A DNA stretch of 64,000 nucleotides from Rhodothermales bacterium (lineage in GTDB: Bacteria > Bacteroidota > Rhodothermia > Rhodothermales > Bin80), in NCBI GenBank assembly GCA_022821385.1, contig JAJEDR010000096.1, forward strand, positions 27,609 through 91,608, in the 5' to 3' direction. Position 1 is the first letter of the stretch; every line of letters begins with the position of its first letter. The translations under genes and the position numbers were made by a program. Shown one piece after another: positions 1 through 11,175 of this stretch. A model generated the notes under the pieces. It searched no databases, had not been told where the DNA came from, and was given only the letters and a program-made list of their open reading frames with translations.

Positions 1-615
1 CGGTCCGTAGCTGTAGTGTGATTCTTCTATTTCCAGCCCGGCACGTTCAAGTTTTCGAGTCAATTCGCCGAGATTGTAGCCATCTCGCACATGCTCACCG
101 ATGAAACTGGATTGTCCATCGGCTTTGACATCGGATCCGCCCTGATCGCTGGGTGTGCTGATAATGAGACGCCCTCCCGGAAGCAATCGCTGTGAAAAGT
201 GACTTATTGCAACCTCATCGGCCTCAATATGCTCAAGAATGTCTACCGCCAGAATGCAGTCAAAAGCTCCCTTAACTTGGGGTTTTGTCACGTCATCAAC
301 CAGCAGCTCGACCCGATCAGACAGACCGAATACACGAAAACAGCGGTCGGCCCGTTCGAGGTAATCTTTTTTAATATCTATTCCGGTAACCGAAACTCCC
401 GAATACTTCCGCAGCACATGCCAGGCGTACTGTCCGAAACCCGTGCCGGCATCCAGAAGTCTTGCGCCGGGGCCAAGTTTCAACTTTCGCAGTACACGAT
501 GTACATACCACGTTCGGAGAAATAACAAATCCAGAATTCCAAAAAGGATCGGGAGACATCTAGGATACGAATCAAGTAGACTGCCAAATCGATCCTTGAT
601 CAGGTCATACTCCAT
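1..615 (-). CDS. Class I SAM-dependent methyltransferase; C-terminus runs off the left edge
   Basis: My own minus-strand translation from the ATG at 613-615 reads MEYDLIKDRFG...RLLDAGTGFGQYAWHV...VTGIDI...FDCILAVDILEHI...LLPGGRLIISTPSDQGG. It has AdoMet motif I (DxGxGxG) and typical downstream spacing. It is absent from the ORF track because no stop lies inside the window. Confidence 0.8.
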   Translation of the reverse strand, partial: MEYDLIKDRFGSLLDSYPRCLPILFGILDLLFLRTWYVHRVLRKLKLGPGARLLDAGTGFGQYAWHVLRKYSGVSVTGIDIKKDYLERADRCFRVFGLSDRVELLVDDVTKPQVKGAFDCILAVDILEHIEADEVAISHFSQRLLPGGRLIISTPSDQGGSDVKADGQSSFIGEHVRDGYNLGELTRKLERAGLEIEESHYSYGP

Positions 616-1441
616 CAGATATCATTATTGTACCCCATAGATCATACCATAGAACAGGACTGTTGCAGTAAACCAGCAGCTTGATTGACTAAAAACTTGT
701 CTGGGATTTTCGAACTCGAATATGCTGTCCTGAGCCATCGTTGTTCCAATCTGTGTGCCATCAGTGAAAACGGTCACGAGTTCCGGGGGTTCTGCGGCAG
801 GTTCGTTAGTTACAATTCCGCGAATGGCAACCTGGGCCTATGCGAAAAGTACGGTTAAAGCAATCACAGAGATGGCAAAAAACGTGTCAATGTCCAATGT
901 CATAATTTTCGAGATGGGCCTCCCGGCACCTGCCAAGAACTGTACAGACTTGGAAGACCAATGTCCGCCGTAGCGGCCAACTTAAACGAGGGACTGGAGG
1001 AATCGCTCACACTCCACAAACCGGGGATCTCCACATTGCTGCGATATAAGCTTTGAACCGCGAGTATCGCTGAAGGTACTAACAGCCGACTGACATGCAT
1101 CACATGCAACGTCACCCGATGGTGCAACTCGGATCAACGTCAACAAAGGATTGCCGCAGCCTGGTCGGATTTTAACACCGATCTCTGAGGCCAGTCCCCA
1201 AGACTTGCAGGGAAAAACTTGATCCGAGTATTGAAACGACACAATCAAGCCCATAACCAGTACACTAGCATAAGTAGAGGCTTACAGCTTTCCAGATTTC
1301 CACTAGCTTTGATGTATCTCCCGTTGATGAGTTGCCCAATGAGCCGTAGCTTTGAATCGGTGTTTCAGGGTGATGTCGGGATTAGGATTGTGTTCTCGAA
1401 ATTGTAAAAATCTGAAATGTCCTTGCATTACGGTTAACAAT

Positions 1442-1747
1442 ATGCCTGCCGGTACCGTGTCTCAGCCTACCCCCATCTCTGATCATGAATTGCAGAAGCA
1501 GATAGAGATATTAGACAAAGTCATTGAACACCTTCAGTATGCCGCTAAGGCTAGGAAGAAAGTGAGAGAAGGGTGGATCCCAAAAGAAACTTTTTGGGAT
1601 GAGTTTATTGATGTAAACTGTACTCCCATGGGGCAGGTCACAGAATATGGCGAAGATGCTTACTGGCATAGTATGCAGGGGATATGGTATCTGGTAGGAG
1701 CGTATATGGCAGAAGCTATGTCCTTGTATGACGACGATCTAGGATGA
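1442..1747 (+). CDS. Hypothetical protein (about 101 aa from the internal ATG of track ORF 1352..1747)
   Basis: Open frame; its stop overlaps the next ORF start by 4 nt (ATGA at 1744-1747), which suggests translational coupling. I recognised no motif. Confidence 0.4.
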   Translation: MPAGTVSQPTPISDHELQKQIEILDKVIEHLQYAAKARKKVREGWIPKETFWDEFIDVNCTPMGQVTEYGEDAYWHSMQGIWYLVGAYMAEAMSLYDDDLG

Positions 1748-1950
1748 CAGACCCAACGTTAAGTGGAGATGGTGAAGCCAATGAGGAATCCAAGGCTGAA
1801 AGGGTTCAAGTTCAAGATCCTAAGTCATTAGATGAGGCAGATCGTGATCTCGAGCAATGGCTGAAAGCGGCTCCAAGTGAGATAGTTCAACAAATCTTTA
1901 AGGGGTGCTATGAACTGAGTGTGCTGGATGGATTCTATTCCCGGGCGTGA
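1744..1950 (+). CDS. Hypothetical acidic protein (68 aa)
   Basis: Track ORF, coupled to the upstream ORF by a 4-nt overlap. No recognisable motif. Confidence 0.4.
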   Translation: MTDPTLSGDGEANEESKAERVQVQDPKSLDEADRDLEQWLKAAPSEIVQQIFKGCYELSVLDGFYSRA

Positions 1951-1962
1951 GAGGCCAACACC

Positions 1963-2202
1963 ATGCCGAACGGACCAAATGTGCTTCAGGGCACCTTCAC
2001 GATCTCAACTCAGACAGGGGAGTTTCTGATACCCGCCCATCTGATACGGAAGCCGGCTGAAAGCTGGACCGAGGCAGACCGCGAGTTTGTGTACGCAATC
2101 AACGCTCAATACCTTGACCTGGGCCCCGAAGAATGCTCACGCCGCGTAGACTGCCTCTTGAACACGCCTTACGAGTGTTGGCACGATCTCCGGACTTTTT
2201 AG
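1963..2202 (+). CDS. Hypothetical protein (79 aa)
   Basis: Track ORF, on the same strand and 12 nt after the previous stop. No recognisable motif. Confidence 0.4.
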   Translation: MPNGPNVLQGTFTISTQTGEFLIPAHLIRKPAESWTEADREFVYAINAQYLDLGPEECSRRVDCLLNTPYECWHDLRTF

Positions 2203-2246
2203 ATTCAGTTTTTCCGCATCCTGACACAGTTTGCCAGGGCAGTACA

Positions 2247-2531
2247 ATGACAGCAGCCAAATACAAAGCCTTCGATTGGGCTATGACGGTGCCAATAGAG
2301 GACGAGACCGATTCCGTGAACACCGCACGAAGGGTATTGATTAAGCTGGTAGTCAATCAAGCGAATGCAATACTGAATCTGAGCTGCAGACCCATTATTG
2401 CACGCGTTTTGGTTCAAGTTCAATTCAGGGCGCCTCCATTTCGTCATACAGTGGTCCGTTGCCTCCTGCATCCGAGCTTGCCAATTATGAAGAGGTGTAC
2501 CCCGGGGCAGCAGTACGAATTTTCAGCTTAG
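2247..2531 (+). CDS. Hypothetical protein, possibly the 5' part of a frameshifted gene
   Basis: Uses an internal ATG of track ORF 2133..2531 (MTAAKYKAFDWAMTVPIEDE...). Its 3' part overlaps, in another frame, the DUF2335-like signature that starts near 2440. Confidence 0.3.
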   Translation: MTAAKYKAFDWAMTVPIEDETDSVNTARRVLIKLVVNQANAILNLSCRPIIARVLVQVQFRAPPFRHTVVRCLLHPSLPIMKRCTPGQQYEFSA

Positions 2532-2755
2532 CTGAAAACCTTCCGAAACTCCAAGAGGAGGCGCTTGACAAGCAGCATATTTGGTCCGTACTCAAAACGG
2601 TTACTTCCGCGCTGGTATCTTTAGGCATGGTGGCAGTAGCTTCACTTGCAATATTGGGAGATCCAGCTTGGTTATCTATCCCACTTGGAGGCATAGGCAT
2701 TTTGGGTTTATTATTGAGGGAGTGGCTTAGAAGAACGAAAAATCAGAAAGAGTAG
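2459..2755 (+). CDS. DUF2335-like membrane protein; 5' end uncertain
   Basis: PPASELANYEEVYPGAAVRIFSLAE, followed by two hydrophobic helices, matches the DUF2335 pattern as I recall it (SGPLPpP..L..YE...PGaa.RI). The track start is a TTG inside that signature, and the in-frame upstream codons read ...SSYSGPLPP. Confidence 0.6.
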   Translation: MPPASELANYEEVYPGAAVRIFSLAENLPKLQEEALDKQHIWSVLKTVTSALVSLGMVAVASLAILGDPAWLSIPLGGIGILGLLLREWLRRTKNQKE

Positions 2756-2777
2756 TACTGTCAATCCGGCTGTAGAA

Positions 2778-3035
2778 TTAGTAGGTCCTACCGTGATTGC
2801 GGTAGGCAAGGTCTGAGCTACCGCAGAAGGAGAGGATTGCAGATTTGAGGTTGTTGAATCTTTTGTAACCTCTTCCGATATTTTTTGTCCTAGATCTTCC
2901 CATTGAGTAGTTTTGCCCTAAAATTGGGTTATTCGAGTCGAAGTGCGTGCGCACGCCTCTGCGAGGGGTTTTAAGATCCTGGCTAATTCCGTAACCCGTA
3001 TCACGCCATGGCTCGAGAGTGTAAGGAGCCAGCGG
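2778..3035 (-). pseudogene. Possible DDE transposase C-terminal relic (IS1595- or IS256-like); no start codon
   Basis: My own translation gives a stop-free 85-codon frame: PLAPYTLEPWRDTGYGISQDLKTPRRGVRTHFDSNNPILGQNYSMGRSRTKNIGRGYKRFNNLKSAILSFCGSSDLAYRNHGRTY*. It loosely resembles the HTN.IEgfW..lKR...G.Y......L..Y..EF.FRYN.R tail of ISXO2-like transposases. This is a weak, by-eye call. Confidence 0.25.
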
Positions 3036-3074
3036 TCAAGGTCTGAAAGTCAGTTCCAGACCCCATAGGCCAGT

Positions 3075-4049
3075 TTACGGTTGTTCAGCCTCTTCCAGAG
3101 GCTTGGTCACATTCTGTTGTAGCTCGGCGATGACATAAGGTTGCCGCTCCTCCATGCGGCCACGCAGTATGAGGTCACCTAGAAAACCCGTACACATAGC
3201 CTGTACGCCAACTATGATAAGCAGTGCGCCAAGCAGGAGTGCTGGCCGATCTCCCACGGGGTTGTCGTAGACAAGTTTATCAATGGTGATCCATAAACTG
3301 ATTATAAAACCACCCAGAAATGCCAGGAGCCCCATTGATCCGAAGAAATGCATGGGACGCGCACCGAAACGGGTCAGAAAACTCACCGTCACCAGATCTA
3401 GGCATCCTCGGATATATCGTTCGAGTCCGAACTTTGAACGCCCATGCCGCCGCGACCGGTGCTTCACCGGAAGCTCCCCAATACGGTGAAACCCCTCCCA
3501 CTTGGCTAGAAGAGGTATGTATCGATGCATCTCGCCGTAGATCTTGATCGACTTCACTACTTCAAGCCTGTACGCCTTGAGGCCACAATTGAAATCGTGC
3601 AGCGGAATACCGGATACGATACGGGTGACCAAGTTAAAGAAGCGGCTGGGCAGTGTTTTGGTCAGGGGATCTTTCCGCGACTTTTTCCAGCCGCTCACAA
3701 GATCCAGCCCCTGGCTTATGGCATAAACGAGATGCGGTATTTCGTGCGGATCATCCTGTAAATCCGCATCCATAGTAATTACGATGCTGGCGTTCACGTG
3801 CTCAAATCCTGCTGCCAAGGCTGCGCTCTTGCCATAATTACGACGGAATCGAATACCATGGAAACGCTTGTCAGCTGCACATTGGCCTACGATCTCAGTC
3901 CAGGAGTCATCAGATGAGCCGTCATCCACAAACCAGGTCTGGAAGGTCAATCCGGCTTCTTCACATACCTCACGAATCTCATCAGCGAGCGGGCTGATGG
4001 TTGCAGCTTCCTCAAAGACTGGGACAATAATGCCAACGACCGGAAGCAT
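3075..4049 (-). CDS. Family 2 glycosyltransferase, polyprenyl-phosphate sugar transferase type (GtrB/ArnC/DPM1-like)
   Basis: VGIIVPVFEE...DDGSSD...RNYGKSAAL...DADLQDDP (DxD motif), plus two C-terminal TM helices. Confidence 0.85.
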   Translation of the reverse strand: MLPVVGIIVPVFEEAATISPLADEIREVCEEAGLTFQTWFVDDGSSDDSWTEIVGQCAADKRFHGIRFRRNYGKSAALAAGFEHVNASIVITMDADLQDDPHEIPHLVYAISQGLDLVSGWKKSRKDPLTKTLPSRFFNLVTRIVSGIPLHDFNCGLKAYRLEVVKSIKIYGEMHRYIPLLAKWEGFHRIGELPVKHRSRRHGRSKFGLERYIRGCLDLVTVSFLTRFGARPMHFFGSMGLLAFLGGFIISLWITIDKLVYDNPVGDRPALLLGALLIIVGVQAMCTGFLGDLILRGRMEERQPYVIAELQQNVTKPLEEAEQP

Positions 4050-4055
4050 CAGCTT

Positions 4056-5987
<1,932 letters not shown>

Positions 5988-6343
5988 TCAATTACCTGAT
6001 ACCTGATGGGCGCGCGTTCCTGACTCTACAATGTCCTGGTCGTCCAGAAATTGGTACAGCAACTAAACCTGGAGCCCTAGATACCATTGGGGAGGTGTCG
6101 ATGGTACAAAGAAAGATCCGTCATCAAAGCCGTTACAGACCCACGGGACTCTGTTAGAATAAGACTGCCTCTACACTTATACACCACGAAGTAGCCACCT
6201 GCGGATTGGGATGATTGGGTTCTACAGCACGCCGCGTTGACACCCTAATTAGTCAACCCGTTTGCCCCGATTCTGTTCACAGATTCTTCTGTCACGGTTC
6301 TGCCACGATCCCTTACAATACTCGATTCCATATGGTATGGAGT

Positions 6344-7696
6344 TCACGATTGATGCCGACTGGAGTGTGCCCTGTCTGCGGAAATCAGGCGTAGCCCTTT
6401 GTGCGGTGCCAGGAGGTGCGCGAGTTCATCGGACCGGTCACTTGCAATCCGGTAATGTACGTGTAGCGCTTCCTGTGCAGGTTGCCCGTTATTGCTAACC
6501 TGAACCAGCTCTTCGCGAATCACTTTGCCCAAGCGTCGCACGTTCGCCAGTGTGCGGCCATCAGTAACCGGAATGAGGGTTTCTCCCTCAATCTGGGCTC
6601 CCCGCAACATCGCCTCGAGCCGGGCGGTCAATGTGTTCAGGCCAATTCCACGCAAGGCAGCAATGGGGACGGCCTCAGGATAATCACGCTTCAGCGCCGA
6701 CAATGCCAACTCCGGCGCGTCAAAGACGTCTATTTTGTTAAAAACCAGCAGCGTAGGGATTTCCAGTGCACCTATTTCCTTAAGCGTTTGGCGCACAACC
6801 ATCATCTGGTCCTCAAAACGGCGATGTTCAGCACTGACAACGTGAATCAGTACATCGCTTTGTCGCACCTCATCAAGCGTACTCTTAAAGCTTTCAATCA
6901 ATTTATGCGGCAGTTTCCGGATGAAGCCAACTGTATCGGAGAGTAGCACAGTGGTTGTGCTTGAGAGCATACATTTGCGCGTAGTTGCATCCAGCGTTGC
7001 AAATAACCGGTCCTCCGCAAGTACGCCACTCTGGGACAAAGCATTCATGAGTGTGGACTTGCCCGCATTTGTGTAACCCACAAGCGCAACCCGATGGTAT
7101 TTTTCTCTGCGCCGCCTTTGCGTCACACGCTGCTGGTCTATTCGTTCCAGACGGTTTCGAAGCGTAGCCATTCGCTGACCGATCAGTCTGCGGTCCGTCT
7201 CAATCTGCGTTTCCCCGGGGCCACGTGTACCAATACCACCCTGCTGCCGGGACAGGTGCGTCCATTGCCTTGTCAGACGCGTGCGCAAATAGTCAAGTTG
7301 GGCTAGTTCAACTTGGGTTTTCGCGACGGCCGTCTTCGCTCGTTTTGCAAAAATATCCAGAATGAGCTGGGAACGATCAATGAGTTTGCAACCGAGTGCC
7401 TTCTCCAGGTTACGGACCTGATTGGGGCTTAGATCATCATCAAACAGAACTGTACGGACTTTCTTTTCCTGTACAATCGCGGCAATTTCGCTGACCTTCC
7501 CAGACCTTAGGTAGGTTGCTGGATTCGGCTTCCGCAGTACCTGACTTACGCGCCCAAGTACGGTTGCTCCGGCGGTTTCTGCCAGTTGGGCTAACTCGTC
7601 CAATGAATCCTGTGCACTATCTCGCCTTTGCACAGCACCCACAAGCAGTGCGGTCTCATTGAGTGGTTCACCAGTGGTATACAGTTTGCGTCCCAT
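6344..7696 (-). CDS. hflX: GTPase HflX
   Basis: 450 aa. It has the HflX N-terminal domain, a coiled linker (QVELAQLDYL..RQQGGIGTRGPGETQIETDRR) and G motifs GYTNAGKSTLMNAL, DTVGF and NKID. Confidence 0.9.
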   Translation of the reverse strand: MGRKLYTTGEPLNETALLVGAVQRRDSAQDSLDELAQLAETAGATVLGRVSQVLRKPNPATYLRSGKVSEIAAIVQEKKVRTVLFDDDLSPNQVRNLEKALGCKLIDRSQLILDIFAKRAKTAVAKTQVELAQLDYLRTRLTRQWTHLSRQQGGIGTRGPGETQIETDRRLIGQRMATLRNRLERIDQQRVTQRRRREKYHRVALVGYTNAGKSTLMNALSQSGVLAEDRLFATLDATTRKCMLSSTTTVLLSDTVGFIRKLPHKLIESFKSTLDEVRQSDVLIHVVSAEHRRFEDQMMVVRQTLKEIGALEIPTLLVFNKIDVFDAPELALSALKRDYPEAVPIAALRGIGLNTLTARLEAMLRGAQIEGETLIPVTDGRTLANVRRLGKVIREELVQVSNNGQPAQEALHVHYRIASDRSDELAHLLAPHKGLRLISADRAHSSRHQS

Positions 7697-7699
7697 GCA

Positions 7700-9739
7700 C
7701 TAACGATTTCGCCAGCGTGCAGCAAGCATCATCTCGGCTGCTAAAAGGACGAGTCCGAGAACAAGAAAATGCCGCCAAAGCTCTAAGCCGGTTCTTGCCC
7801 GGTTCACTGCGGTCGAAACTCCCTCTCGAGACGCTGCATTCAACAAATCCACCGGCGCATCCAAAGCCTCTGCGAGTGCCTCACGGGCCTCTTCCGGCTC
7901 CATGTACACAAGACGTGATTCCAAGGGATCTAGTCCGACACTTAAAAGCCGTACGGAAACACCCGCAGCCAGTACTTCGGCTACACCTGGTGAATCAATA
8001 TCAAGGTCCAACAGACTGGCACCAAACACCTGACGTTGGGGTGGCATGAGTTCTATTCCATCGGGGTTTTTCACCGTGATGTTGCCCTGTACAGCAGGAA
8101 TTCTAATGGAGGTCTGGTGGCCGACCAGAAGCTGTTCACCCTGCACCGACCCGCCTGCTGAAAGATAATGCGCCGCCCGATACATCAGCGGAATAAACAA
8201 GCCGCGAACAGGCAAATCACTCCAGACCAAATCCGGTGCCACCGCCATAAAGAATATACGGCCATTGCCGTACTGGATCTCCTGCAAGAGGGGCGCCCCA
8301 CCTAGAAGTGTAATTAATGTCTGTTCTGCCCCCGCCACACCTGGCACATAGCGTGCGGACCGATGGACCGTCACCGCCTCAAGTCTCTGTGTACGCTCTG
8401 AGGCTGTAAAAACTCCTTCAAATAATGGGTGCTCAAAATCTGCTTCATCAATAGAGGTTTCCGACTCCTGGATGCTTACATGGCCCGCGCCAACGGCCTC
8501 CAGGAGTGCATTGGTTGATGACGGTTCTGCACCGGGAAAAATCAGCATCCCACCTCCAGTCTCAGTGTATTGTTTGAGCTTTTCCACTTCACCGGTGCTG
8601 AGTTCATCCGGGCTTATCAGAAAGACTGCTGAATAATTACTGAGCAAGGTGGCCGCCAGCGCACGCTGTGGAATTTTGGTCGTATTCAAAGCTTCTGACT
8701 CGCTGCGAAGGGAAAGGGCCAACTCTACATGATCTGTCCGTGCTTCGGTGCCATGAACCAAGAGAATATCTCTGCGCGCGGGCACGTTAAGCGTAAAATA
8801 TCTTTGATTATCCTCTTCAAATTCATCGTTTTCCGTTGTCACGTAACCTGCGAGCCATCCACGCATCGTGGGTGCACCGCGGAGTGATATCCGGACAGGC
8901 ACTTCCGGCGCGAGGGCTATGCTCGTCTGTGCGACACGTTCATCCCCGAAGTACAGGCTCACAGCATAATCCTCAATAGAGGAAGTCCCATGGTTAACAA
9001 CCGTGGCTTCTATTGTGGTTGGGGTACCTGGATCCACAATCCTACTGGTTACTTGCACATCAGCAACGCCAACATTGGGTCGCGTTTCGGTTGTGCCCAC
9101 GGGAACGAGCATTACACGAACCCCACGATCCAGGGGAATTTGTACCGAATCAAGTAGTGTCGACGTCTGTAGGTCTCCCAGATAGTAAACAATCTTATTG
9201 AGGTGGGAAGCCTCTCGGGCAAGCAGCGTGCCAGCGCTACGAATAATTGACGACGCAGCCTGCGTTGCCGGGGTTGGGGCTCGGTTCGAGAGAACATCTG
9301 GTGGTTCCAGGTATTGCGCTTTTTCGCTCAAGATGAACAATTCGTCCCCTGGTTCTGCCGATTGTATGATAGCTTGCGCGGCAGACTTGGCACGGTCCAG
9401 CCGCGTTCCATCAGAATCACGCTGCATCATCGACAGTGATGCATCCAGTGCAAGCACCGCAGACATGCTGGCACGCCCAAACAACCGGGTACCAGCGGAA
9501 TCTGTAAGGGTTGGACGAGCAAACGCAATAACCAGAACGCACAAAGCTAATGTTCTTAGAAGCAGTAACAGCCAGTTGCGGATACGGATCCGCTGCAGGG
9601 TTGTACGTTGCAGCGCCTGCAGGAGGGCAAGTGAGCTATAATCCAATCGTTGTGGCCGCCGAAAATTGAAGAGATGCACGAGTAGGGGTATGGCAGCCGC
9701 GATTAATCCAAACAAGATGAGCGGGTTTATGAATGCCAT
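7700..9739 (-). CDS. BatA-N-domain (N-terminal double-TM) membrane protein
   Basis: The N-terminus MAFINPLILFGLIAAAIPLLVHLFNFRRPQRLDYSSLALL matches the aerotolerance-regulator N-terminal double-transmembrane signature. There is also a C-terminal TM helix. 679 aa. Confidence 0.7.
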   Translation of the reverse strand: MAFINPLILFGLIAAAIPLLVHLFNFRRPQRLDYSSLALLQALQRTTLQRIRIRNWLLLLLRTLALCVLVIAFARPTLTDSAGTRLFGRASMSAVLALDASLSMMQRDSDGTRLDRAKSAAQAIIQSAEPGDELFILSEKAQYLEPPDVLSNRAPTPATQAASSIIRSAGTLLAREASHLNKIVYYLGDLQTSTLLDSVQIPLDRGVRVMLVPVGTTETRPNVGVADVQVTSRIVDPGTPTTIEATVVNHGTSSIEDYAVSLYFGDERVAQTSIALAPEVPVRISLRGAPTMRGWLAGYVTTENDEFEEDNQRYFTLNVPARRDILLVHGTEARTDHVELALSLRSESEALNTTKIPQRALAATLLSNYSAVFLISPDELSTGEVEKLKQYTETGGGMLIFPGAEPSSTNALLEAVGAGHVSIQESETSIDEADFEHPLFEGVFTASERTQRLEAVTVHRSARYVPGVAGAEQTLITLLGGAPLLQEIQYGNGRIFFMAVAPDLVWSDLPVRGLFIPLMYRAAHYLSAGGSVQGEQLLVGHQTSIRIPAVQGNITVKNPDGIELMPPQRQVFGASLLDLDIDSPGVAEVLAAGVSVRLLSVGLDPLESRLVYMEPEEAREALAEALDAPVDLLNAASREGVSTAVNRARTGLELWRHFLVLGLVLLAAEMMLAARWRNR

Positions 9740-10883
9740 TTAAAGATTAATGCGCCCGTGCAGCGGCCCTCCTGCTACATATGCCTTACCGGACTGTTCC
9801 GGTTTATTATGCTGAAGGATTGAATTTTCCATTTATATCACTGGAACACCCCGATCAAGTCATACACCAATAGACGCATCCCCAAAGCTTTATCATTGGC
9901 AGGTATGCATGTAGAAGAGCCGAAGTAGTTATTACAAGATCCCCCCTCCGCATTTGGGCACTCTTTAGTCTGAAGCGAACTGATTCCGTTCAAAAAAGCT
10001 CTGTTTGCCAGGAAAAGTCAAAAGGCTTTGAGTCAAGATTATGTAGAATCTTCCTGCTGTTTCTAGAATTATAAACCAACACTCTGGAACAGATCCACAT
10101 ATCCGTCCGAGAATATCATGTTGATTTGCGTATACGTTGAACACTGTGTAGATTTTATGACACATAAGTAGTTCATGTCGCCCGGAATAGCGGTCGCATG
10201 GCTCTGAATATTCTGATGGGCCTGCAATCCAACCTCGCGAGAATCCCAAAAGTGCTGAGAACCGCCCAAAGCGAGCGACAGTGTACAAGTTAATGGTCAG
10301 GCCTGGGAACGCATCATCAATTTAGCTCCGTCGCGGAGATGCGCTTGCGGGTGGTTGCGGGGTAGGGATCGTTCCAAAAGAAGTCTGCATGATAGACCGG
10401 CAAATGGCCCGGGGTGGACTATCCGAATAGCCATTGAGAGAATTCCAGTTCAACCATGACACTGGTGTGCATAGTTGTCGTATCTTGTGGGTATAGTGAC
10501 GCGAAGTGTTGTGGACACAGTACAGCACCAAGCTCACTTGGATTGGGCACTGAACAGATCGTCTCAACTGAGCGGCTGTGTAAACCGATGGGGTGCTCAA
10601 CCAGATCTTCCTGCATGGAGTTTGAGTAAACGAGCCTGTTATCGTACAATCAAGTACCTTGGGGATTGATACTTAGTTGATCGGACGCATCAAGGCATTA
10701 TCGCAATTATTTTTGTGGTGTGGTGTCGGTGAATCCCGGCTATGAACGAATTAAATTGTTTTGAGTAGTGTGTCTGACCAGTGACCCGATGCAACGCGTG
10801 CTTTTTCTCTGCTTCGCAGACTGGCAAAGGACGCGAAGCTATCTGCGGAAGAAATCCATGAACTTGTAGAAATCATCAATACC

Positions 10884-11072
10884 ATGTCGGGATCAAACGT
10901 AATTGCTAAGATTGATGCGCAGAATGCAAGGCTGGACGCGCTCGTTGAATCCATGAACGCTAAGCTGGATTCTCAGAACAGCAAGTACACTACGCTGATT
11001 ACCATCGTCAGCATTGTGGGTGGCTTGGTTTCCCTTATTCTGGCATACGGCACTTTCTTCGCCGGGCAATGA
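10884..11072 (+). CDS. Small coiled-coil protein with a C-terminal TM anchor (XhlA-like architecture); possibly the tail of a decayed larger gene
   Basis: MSGSNVIAKIDAQNARLDALVESMNAKLDSQNSKYTTLITIVSIVGGLVSLILAYG. The frame stays open about 40 codons upstream without any start codon. Confidence 0.3.
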   Translation: MSGSNVIAKIDAQNARLDALVESMNAKLDSQNSKYTTLITIVSIVGGLVSLILAYGTFFAGQ

Positions 11073-11175
11073 GGACGGCTACGAAATAACTCCGGCTCCC
11101 AGGGAGGTTCGCGACCTTTTGCAACCCGAGGAGCAATGTTCGTTGGTATCCACGGACGTGAATCCGTCAGTTGCT

